Made by a program: the position numbers and the translations under genes. Shown in pieces: positions 56,727 to 64,000 of a stretch of DNA of 64,000 bases. Each line of letters starts with the position of its first letter. The first letter of the stretch is position 1. The notes under the pieces were generated by a model. It was not told where the DNA came from. It was given only the letters and a program-made list of their open reading frames with translations, and did not search any database. Source of the stretch: an uncultured Candidatus Rokubacteria bacterium (GTDB lineage: Bacteria; Methylomirabilota; Methylomirabilia; Rokubacteriales; CSP1-6); NCBI GenBank assembly GCA_963771355.1, contig CAVYTA010000005.1:544001-608000 (forward strand), read 5' to 3'.

Positions 56727-58784
56727 ATGGTTACTCTCGCGCATTCCGTCTGCCCGCACGACTGTCCCTCGCAGTGCGGGCTGGTGGTGTCGGTGACGGA
56801 CGGCCGGGTCACCGCGGTGGCGGGCGATCCCGACCACCCCTTCACCCGGGGCGTGGTGTGCGGCAAGGTGCACGACTACGCGGAGCGGTTGTACGCGCCC
56901 ACGCGCGTGCTCACGCCGCTCCGCCGAGTGGGCAAGAAGGGCGAGGGGCGCTTCGAGCCCATCGCCTGGGACGACGCCATCGAGGAGATCGCGCACCGGT
57001 GGCGGCGCGTGATCGCGCAGTGGGGCGGCGAGGCCATCCTGCCCTTCTCCTACGGCGGCACCCTCGGCGTGCTCCAGTACCGCGCCGGCCATCCGCTCTT
57101 CCACGCCCTCGGCGCCTCCCAGCTCGACCGGACCATCTGCGTCGCCACCGCGTATGCGGGCTGGAGCGCCACCGTCGGCACCGTGGCCGGGAGCGACGCC
57201 GAGCAGATGGTGGACTCGGAGCTGGTGATCCTCTGGGGGATCAACGCCTCCTACACCCACATCAACCTCATGACCCTGGTGAAGCGCGCACGGCAGCGGG
57301 GCGCTTTCGTGGTGGTCATCGACCCGTACCGGACCCAGACCGCCAAGCGGGCGGACCGGCACCTGATGCCGCGGCCGGGTACCGATACCGCGCTGGCGCT
57401 GGGCATGATGCACGTGCTGTGCGCGGAAGGACTGATCGACGAGGCCTATCTCCGGCGGGCCACGCTGGGGTTCACCGCGCTGCGCGACCACGTGCGCCAG
57501 TACGATCCTCGGCGAGTGAGCGAGATCACCGGGATCCCCGCCGAGGAGATCGTGTCGCTCGCGCGCCGCTACGGGGCGAGCCCGGCCGCCTTCATCCGGC
57601 TGGGCATCGGCATCTCGCGCCATGACAACGGCGGCATGACGTGCCGGACCATCGCCTGCCTGCCCGCCCTCACCGGCGCCTACGCGCATCCCGCCGGCGG
57701 CGCGCTGCTCTCGTCCACCGCCGCCTTCGGCCTGGACTACGCGGCGCTGGAGCGCCCGGACCTCCAGCCCATGCCGGCGCCCCGCACCATCAACATGATT
57801 CACCTCGGGCGCGCGCTCACCGGGCCGGACACCGGGCCGCCGGTGAAGGCGCTCTACGTCTACAACGCGAATCCCGCCGCCGTCTGCCCCAACCAGGAGC
57901 TGGTCCTGCGCGGGCTCGCGCGCGAGGATCTGTTCACGGTGGTCCACGAGCAGCAGCTCACCGACACCACCGACTGGGCGGACCTCGTGCTCCCCGCCAC
58001 CACCTCCATGGAGCACCGGGACCTCTACAAGTCGTACGGCCATCTCTACCTCCAGCTCGCGGAGCCGGTGATTCCCCCCGCCGGCGAGTCGCGCTCGAAC
58101 TGGCAGGTGACGCGCGCCCTCGCGCGAGCCATGGCGCTGGACGATCCGCACTTCGACAAGGACGAGGACACCCTGTTCCGCGAGGCGCTCGCCTCCGGAC
58201 ATCCGTCGGTGGCCGGCGTCACCGTGGAGCGCCTTCGCGCGGAGCGCGTGGTACGGCTCGAGATCGGCCGGCCCTTCCTGCCCTTCGCGGACGGCGCGCC
58301 CACGCCTTCCGGGAAGGTGGAGCTGGTGTCGGAGAGCATGGCCCGCCAGGGCCTGCCCGCGCTGCCCACCTACATGCCCCTGGTGGAGGGGCCCGAGCAT
58401 ACGGAGATCGCGCGCCGCTACCCGCTGCAGTGCATCGTGCCGCCCAATCGCTTCTTCCTGAACTCGTCGTTCGCCGAGTCCCCGCGGTTGCGCCGCCGAC
58501 AGGGCGCGCCCGCCGTCTTCCTCCACCCCGCCGACGCCGGCGCCCGCGGCATCGGCGAGGGCGACGCGGTGGTGGTGCACACGGCGCGGGGCGAGAGCCG
58601 GTTCACCGCGCACCTCACCGAGGACACGCGGGCCGGCGTCATCGTCATCGAGGGCATCTGGTGGGCCAAGCACCAGGCGGGCGGCCGCAACGTGAACGCG
58701 CTCACCGACGACCGCGTCGCGGACATGGGGGGCGGGCCCGTCTTTCACTCCAATCTCGCCGAGGTCACCCGCCTTGTCGCCTGA
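56727..58784 (+). CDS. Molybdopterin oxidoreductase (DMSO reductase family, Cys ligand)
   Basis: CPHDCPSQC...CGK Fe-S motif, RTIC, NANPA and ADLVLPAT. Confidence 0.92.
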   Translation: MVTLAHSVCPHDCPSQCGLVVSVTDGRVTAVAGDPDHPFTRGVVCGKVHDYAERLYAPTRVLTPLRRVGKKGEGRFEPIAWDDAIEEIAHRWRRVIAQWGGEAILPFSYGGTLGVLQYRAGHPLFHALGASQLDRTICVATAYAGWSATVGTVAGSDAEQMVDSELVILWGINASYTHINLMTLVKRARQRGAFVVVIDPYRTQTAKRADRHLMPRPGTDTALALGMMHVLCAEGLIDEAYLRRATLGFTALRDHVRQYDPRRVSEITGIPAEEIVSLARRYGASPAAFIRLGIGISRHDNGGMTCRTIACLPALTGAYAHPAGGALLSSTAAFGLDYAALERPDLQPMPAPRTINMIHLGRALTGPDTGPPVKALYVYNANPAAVCPNQELVLRGLAREDLFTVVHEQQLTDTTDWADLVLPATTSMEHRDLYKSYGHLYLQLAEPVIPPAGESRSNWQVTRALARAMALDDPHFDKDEDTLFREALASGHPSVAGVTVERLRAERVVRLEIGRPFLPFADGAPTPSGKVELVSESMARQGLPALPTYMPLVEGPEHTEIARRYPLQCIVPPNRFFLNSSFAESPRLRRRQGAPAVFLHPADAGARGIGEGDAVVVHTARGESRFTAHLTEDTRAGVIVIEGIWWAKHQAGGRNVNALTDDRVADMGGGPVFHSNLAEVTRLVA

Positions 58785-59544
58785 CGCCGCCCCGCGCGCG
58801 CCCGCGGCGCCGCCGTCCATCGCCGACGCCATCGAGGGCGCGGTCCGGGCGCTGGACGAGGCCCGCCTCCAGCGGGAGTACTGGGAGCAGGACGAGTTCC
58901 TCTTCCTGCCGCAGTTCCTGCCGCCCGCGGTGGTGGAGCGGCTCCTCGAGGACGTGGGCCGGCTCGAGCCGGGGCTGAACCGGAACTACATCCCGCGGCA
59001 CAAGAAGGGCGGGAGCGTCAGCCACTTCGCGATCGCCGCGGACGGCCCCGCGCTGCTCGCCTTCTACCGATCCGACGCGTTCCGCCAGTTCCTCTCGCGG
59101 CTGGTCCGCGCCGACCTCAAGCTCTGCCCCGACGAGGATCCCCATGCCTGCGCGCTGTACTTCTACACGGAGGCGGGCGACCACATGGGGCGTCACTACG
59201 ACACCTCGTACTACAAGGGCGCCCGCTACACCATCCTGGTGGGCCTCGTACAGGAGTCGTCCAGCCGGCTCCTCTGCCGCCTGCACACGCGCCAGCCCGA
59301 CCGCACCCCGCGCGACCTGGCGGTGGCCACCACCCCGGGGGCGATGGTCATCTTCAACGGTGACAAGGTGTACCACGGGGTGAGTCCCTCCCAGGCCGGT
59401 GACCGGCGCGTGGTGCTGACAATGGAATACGTCACCAGCCAGGAGATGGGACGTCTGCAGCGCGCCTTCTCGAATCTCAAGGACGCCTTCGCCTATTTCG
59501 GCATCAAGAGCCTGTTCCAGCGTCCCGGGCGTCGTGCCGGGTAA
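58774..59544 (+). CDS. 2OG-Fe(II) oxygenase
   Basis: HYD...YHGV...RVVL facial triad and 2OG-binding Arg. Confidence 0.8.
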   Translation: MSPDAAPRAPAAPPSIADAIEGAVRALDEARLQREYWEQDEFLFLPQFLPPAVVERLLEDVGRLEPGLNRNYIPRHKKGGSVSHFAIAADGPALLAFYRSDAFRQFLSRLVRADLKLCPDEDPHACALYFYTEAGDHMGRHYDTSYYKGARYTILVGLVQESSSRLLCRLHTRQPDRTPRDLAVATTPGAMVIFNGDKVYHGVSPSQAGDRRVVLTMEYVTSQEMGRLQRAFSNLKDAFAYFGIKSLFQRPGRRAG

Positions 59545-59575
59545 CGGCCCCTCCACGTTCGGCAAGGAGACCCCG

Positions 59576-61300
59576 ATGTCCGCATCCGTCGCGTCGTCAC
59601 GCCCGGCCGCCGAGCGCGCCCGCTGGACCCCCGTCGAGGGCGCCGACGCTCTCTTCACGCCGGAATTCGTGGAGTACGTGGTCCGGCTCCACGACGAGTT
59701 CACCCCCCGCGTGCGCGCGCTCATGGCCAAGCGGGCCGAGGTGCTCGCGCGCGCGCTCCGGGGGATCCCGCCGGGGCATCTACCATCCAGTGACGCTAAC
59801 ACGGGAGCTTGGAAGGTGCCGCCGGTGCCGGCGGAGCTGCGGACGCCGGGCATCGAGATCTCGGGCCCCTGCTCGATCACCAGCATGTTCATCAATGCCT
59901 TGAATCCCGGGCCCGAGGGCGAGCGGGCGGAAGGTGATCTCGACGACGACGAGGACTCCGCCGGGCATCGGCTGGTGGACACCGTCCGCGCCGCCCACAA
60001 CCGGCTCGCCGCGGTCAACCGCGAGCTGACGTTCAGCGACCGCGAGCGCGGGCGCGACTACCGGATCGCCCCGGGCGAGCTGCCCTTCTTCATGCATCGC
60101 GAGCGGGGACTGCAGCTCGACGAGCCGGAGTTCACGGTGGACGGCGCCCCCATCCCCGCCGCCATTCTCGGCACCGCGCTGACCTTCTTCTACGCGGGGC
60201 GGGCCCAGGCCGGTCGCGGGCAGGGCATCTACTTCTACCTGCCGAAGCTGGAGTCCGCCGAGGAGTGCGGGTGGTATCGCGACCTCTTCGACCGGAGCCG
60301 GGCGCTGCTGCCCGGCCTCAAGGACGCGCTGATCAGCGCCATCCCGCTCGTGGAGTCGCTCCCGGCGGTGTACCAGATGGAGGAGATGCTCTGGGCGCTT
60401 GGTCCCTACGCGGGCGGGCTCAACGCCGCGCGCTGGGATCTCAAGGCGAGCATCTTCGAGTTCATCATGGCCGACCCCAAACAGGTGTGGCCGGACCGCT
60501 TCGGGGTGGACGTGAAGTCGACGCCCTTCATCGCCGACATCTTCCGCCGGCTGGTCGCGATCTGCCTGAAGCGGGGGGCGGTGCCCATCGGGGGCATGGC
60601 CACCGCGCTGCCGAGCCAGGACCCCGAGGTCAACCAGGCGGCGGCGACGGCGATCCGGGCCGACAAGGAGTGGGAGGCGCAGCAGGGGTTCATCCGCGCC
60701 TGGGTGGCCCACATCTTCCACATGAAGACCGCGGGCGAGCCGTTCAAGCGGCTCATCGCCTCGGGCTGGAAGCCGACCCCCCAGATGGCCGATCCCGACC
60801 GGTACCCGGTGCGCATCGAGGTGCCGGCCGGACCCATCACGGTGGAGGGCACGCGCCGGAATGCGCGGATGGTGGTGGAATACCTCGAGGGCTGGCTCAA
60901 TGGACGCGGGGCCAAGGGCATCGACAGCCTGGCCGGCAAGCCCGGCATCCACCCGGCGCTCATGGAGGATCTCGCCACCGGGCGCATGTCGGTGGCCCAG
61001 ATCGCCCAGCGTATCCGCCATGCCGCGCGGGACAGCCAGGACGGCAAGACCGTGCACGACATGGCCCTCGTGAGCCGGCTCCTCCGCGAAGAGACCGACG
61101 ACATCCTCGCGCTCCTGTCCGCCACCGTGCAGGACGACCGGGGCCGGGCCGCCTTCGCCGCTGCGGAGACGCGCTACCGCAAGGCCGAGAAGATCGCCAA
61201 GCGGTGGATTCGGAACTACACCGAGCTCGACTTCCGCAGCCTGGGGAGCTACACCCGCGCCGACCTCGACGCGATCGCCGCCGCCCCCGACGCCTTCTAG
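59576..61300 (+). CDS. Divergent malate synthase A-like protein
   Basis: EISGP, INALN, DDEDS, YFYLPKLES, LNAARWD, GGMA, ADKEWE and LMEDLAT motifs; SD AAGGAG. Confidence 0.78.
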   Translation: MSASVASSRPAAERARWTPVEGADALFTPEFVEYVVRLHDEFTPRVRALMAKRAEVLARALRGIPPGHLPSSDANTGAWKVPPVPAELRTPGIEISGPCSITSMFINALNPGPEGERAEGDLDDDEDSAGHRLVDTVRAAHNRLAAVNRELTFSDRERGRDYRIAPGELPFFMHRERGLQLDEPEFTVDGAPIPAAILGTALTFFYAGRAQAGRGQGIYFYLPKLESAEECGWYRDLFDRSRALLPGLKDALISAIPLVESLPAVYQMEEMLWALGPYAGGLNAARWDLKASIFEFIMADPKQVWPDRFGVDVKSTPFIADIFRRLVAICLKRGAVPIGGMATALPSQDPEVNQAAATAIRADKEWEAQQGFIRAWVAHIFHMKTAGEPFKRLIASGWKPTPQMADPDRYPVRIEVPAGPITVEGTRRNARMVVEYLEGWLNGRGAKGIDSLAGKPGIHPALMEDLATGRMSVAQIAQRIRHAARDSQDGKTVHDMALVSRLLREETDDILALLSATVQDDRGRAAFAAAETRYRKAEKIAKRWIRNYTELDFRSLGSYTRADLDAIAAAPDAF

Positions 61301-61335
61301 CACCGCCGCCGCGGGCCAGGCGGCGCCGCCCCCGG

Positions 61336-64000
61336 CTAGGCTGCCGAGGTGCGCTCGGCGGGCTCGGGCGTGTTGACCCGCTGGGGAGCGGGCCGCGGCA
61401 TCAGCCGCAACACCACCGGCAGGACCAGCAGGGCAGCGACGAGGGCGCACGCCGTGCCGATCGTCAGTAGCAGCCCCAGCCCGAGAATGCCCTGGTGGCG
61501 GGACACCATCATGCTCCCGAACCCCACGATGGTGGTGAAGGCATTGAGCGACACGCCCATCACCGCGCTCCGCTGGACGAGCGGGCCGCCGTGCTCGCGT
61601 CCCTCCAGATAGCTCATCACCACGTTGAGGCCGAACTCCGCCGCGGTGCCGATGATGAGCGGCAGGCCCCACACGTTGGCGAGCGTGAACTTGAGGCCGA
61701 ACACCCACATGAGGCCGATGGTCCAGAGCAGCCCGATCACCAGGGGCAGGAGCGCGAGACCGGTCTCGCGGAACCGGCGGAGCTTCAGGAAGATCAGGAC
61801 GCTGACGAGCACGAAGGCGTAGGCGGTGCCTTGAAGGTACGCGTGCTCCATGAGGCGGATCGCCTCGAAGGTGATGACGGGGGCGCCGGTGACGTCGGGA
61901 GCCACCGTGCGCAGCTCGCGCACGAAGCGCTCCGCCCCCTCGCGCTCCCAGATGTCCACCTTGGGATGGACCTGGAGCAGGAAGTGCCCGCTGGCGCCGA
62001 TGAACTTGCGGCGGAGCTCGTCGGGGACGTCGGCCAGCGTCACCGGCCGGGGCTGCAGGTTGCGCTGGAGCGCGTAGAACTTCGCCACGAAGTCCCGATA
62101 GAGCTGCGCCTGCAGGTGGGTGAGGGCGGGCTCGGCCACGTCGCGGTCGATGGTCTCCAGGCGCTTCAGCAAGGTGCCGCTCATCTCACGGACCTTGCGA
62201 AGCTCGGGGGGGAGCTTGTGGCTGCCCTCCGCCGCGGCCATGTCGAACCGGCGCTTGAGGTCGCGCACCACGCGGGCCAGGTGCTCGAGGTCCACCGGGC
62301 TCGAGCGGCCGATCTTCACCGGCGCCACCAGCGGGGCGAAGGTCTTGATGAGCGCGATCTTCTCCGGCTGATCCTCGGGGATGAGACGGAGCACGGAATC
62401 CACTTCGGACACGGTGGAGAGCTTCTCGAACCCCGCCTGCAGTCGCCGCAGCTCCGCCAGGCTGTCGGCGGAAACGAGGCCATTGAAGCCGGAGCGGCCG
62501 GTGGTGGCGAGGATGCGCTTTTCCCAGGCCACCGACTCCGTGCCCTTGGCCTGCAGGTTCAGCAGGTTGTAGTCGAAGGCCACCGACGGCAGGGCCCACA
62601 GCGACACCACGGTGATGGCGCCGGCGACGGTGAGCACGGCCACCGGATAGCGCGTGACCCGCTCGAGGAGCGGCACCCGGATCCGCTCCAGCTCGTGCGC
62701 GCGCGGCTGGTGGTCCCGGGGCCGGCGGGCGTGGCGGCGATCCACCAGGACCAGCACCGCCGGGAACACCGTCATCATGGCCAGCCACGAGAGCATGATG
62801 GCCAGTCCCGCGATGTAGCCCAGCTCCTTGATGCCGCGGAACTCCGTGAGCATCAGCACGAAGAAGGTGCCGCCCGCGGTGAGGGCGCCCAGCAGCATGC
62901 CGGGCCCGGTGCGGGCGGCGGTGATCTCGAGGGCCTCGTTGAGGCGGCGGCCGAGGAAGAGCTCCTCCTCGTAGCGGAAGAGAAAATAGATCCCGTAGTC
63001 GATGCCGATCCCGACCACGATGGAGATGAACATCACCGAGAAGATGGTGAGGTGGCCGAGGGTGAGGGTGATGACCCCCAGCGACCAGGCGATGCTCACC
63101 GCGAGCACGCCGAGCATCAGGATGGGCTTGCCCAGGCGCCAGTAGGCCAGCCCCATGATGCCCAGGGTGAGGACGAACGAGAGCACGGCGGCCACCTGGC
63201 TGTCCTGGAAGGCGGCCGACATCTCGTCGTTGGAGAGCACCGGAGCCCCGGTGACCCCCGCCTGGACGTTCGGGAACACCGCACGCAGGCGGGTCACCGC
63301 GTCCCGGATGACCTCGATGGCCTTGGCGTCGCCGGTGAAGCTCGACTTGTCGCCCTTGGGGGTCTCCACCAGCACGAAGAGGAGGCTCTTGTCGTCGGAG
63401 AGGAAGTAGCCGGCGTCGGGACCCGTGTCCTTGCCGAACGAGAAGAGGGTGGCCCAGGGGGAGCGGTAGGGGGTGGGCCGATCGAGCCGCTGCTCGATCT
63501 GCTCGAGCAGGACCTGCAGGAAGCGCGTGTCGGCGGGCCCTTCGTCGGCGATGCCGAGGTCGAACACGTTGTTCATGAAGGCCTGGGCGAACTGGACGTT
63601 CACTCCCTCGAGGAGCCGGGCCAGGCTGGGATCGTGGGCGAAGCCCTCCATGAACTCCTGATGGTCGAAGATCTTGTCGCGGATCTCCCGGAGCTTCTCG
63701 GTGGAGAGGTACAGGAGCTGGCGGCCCTCGAAGCGCTTGGGATCGATGCGGTACGACAGGCGCGGGAACTTCACCGGCGAGGCGCGGAGCTCCTGGACGA
63801 GGCGGCTCGCGTAGGCCTTGGCCGCCTCGAAGGTGGGAGCGTCCACCACCACCACGATGTCCTCGAGCTCGCCGAAGTCGCGCGCGTACTCCGCATACTT
63901 CGTCACGTAGCCCGCGTTCTGCGGCAGCACGTCGCGCCCGGAGGTCTTGAAGCCCATGCTCTGCACGGTGACGAGGATGCCGGCGGCGGCGAGGGCGAGG
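61336..64000 (-). CDS. MMPL/RND family transporter (HpnN-like), 5'-partial
   Basis: Two TM bundles with VGIGIDYGI and IGTAAEFG; AGVTGAP and VTGAPV; the frame stays open to the window end. Confidence 0.88.
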   Translation of the reverse strand, partial: LALAAAGILVTVQSMGFKTSGRDVLPQNAGYVTKYAEYARDFGELEDIVVVVDAPTFEAAKAYASRLVQELRASPVKFPRLSYRIDPKRFEGRQLLYLSTEKLREIRDKIFDHQEFMEGFAHDPSLARLLEGVNVQFAQAFMNNVFDLGIADEGPADTRFLQVLLEQIEQRLDRPTPYRSPWATLFSFGKDTGPDAGYFLSDDKSLLFVLVETPKGDKSSFTGDAKAIEVIRDAVTRLRAVFPNVQAGVTGAPVLSNDEMSAAFQDSQVAAVLSFVLTLGIMGLAYWRLGKPILMLGVLAVSIAWSLGVITLTLGHLTIFSVMFISIVVGIGIDYGIYFLFRYEEELFLGRRLNEALEITAARTGPGMLLGALTAGGTFFVLMLTEFRGIKELGYIAGLAIMLSWLAMMTVFPAVLVLVDRRHARRPRDHQPRAHELERIRVPLLERVTRYPVAVLTVAGAITVVSLWALPSVAFDYNLLNLQAKGTESVAWEKRILATTGRSGFNGLVSADSLAELRRLQAGFEKLSTVSEVDSVLRLIPEDQPEKIALIKTFAPLVAPVKIGRSSPVDLEHLARVVRDLKRRFDMAAAEGSHKLPPELRKVREMSGTLLKRLETIDRDVAEPALTHLQAQLYRDFVAKFYALQRNLQPRPVTLADVPDELRRKFIGASGHFLLQVHPKVDIWEREGAERFVRELRTVAPDVTGAPVITFEAIRLMEHAYLQGTAYAFVLVSVLIFLKLRRFRETGLALLPLVIGLLWTIGLMWVFGLKFTLANVWGLPLIIGTAAEFGLNVVMSYLEGREHGGPLVQRSAVMGVSLNAFTTIVGFGSMMVSRHQGILGLGLLLTIGTACALVAALLVLPVVLRLMPRPAPQRVNTPEPAERTSAA

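Noticed and set aside
56727..58784. Second selenoprotein (formate-dehydrogenase-like)
   Set aside because: No in-frame TGA; the putative Mo ligand is Cys (RTIC)
58774..59544. Possible Fe/2OG halogenase complementing the flavin halogenases
   Set aside because: It keeps the HxD carboxylate (HYD), whereas halogenases have HxG/A; it is also over 40 kb from the cluster
1..64000. CRISPR arrays, tRNA/rRNA genes, transposases, integrases, phage genes
   Set aside because: None recognisable by eye, and intergenic space is minimal; a tRNAscan/Infernal run would be needed to exclude small RNAs

Overview
Very GC-rich, gene-dense bacterial DNA with about 50 CDSs. I saw no rRNA, tRNA, CRISPR array or IS element. 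The gene content and style suggest a soil/sediment lineage such as Rokubacteria (Methylomirabilota), but that is inference only. Main blocks: (1) 469-15222, a co-oriented type II FAS/PKS-like cluster (LpxL-type acyltransferase, two active ketosynthases each followed by a catalytically dead CLF-like partner, ACP, GT2, two flavin-dependent halogenase-like genes, ABC exporter, ArnT-like GT); (2) CopD-like gene, hpnJ, serA and an ECF sigma/anti-sigma/Spy operon; (3) gluconokinase, an unusual RpiB-linker-PGI fusion and zwf; (4) a hidden selenoprotein at 31840-32370 (in-frame TGA in a D-U-G-S-C motif followed by a SECIS-like hairpin, split in two by the ORF track), its uncharacterised partner, and a class III cyclase with a guanylyl-type Glu; (5) a tungsten AOR-type operon ending in a MoaD-hotdog fusion; (6) glxR, copC/copD, transporters, a molybdoenzyme, a divergent malate synthase and an MMPL/HpnN-like transporter running off the window end. 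Four genes carry apparent frameshifts, probably consensus errors. Three genes appear to start at CTG.
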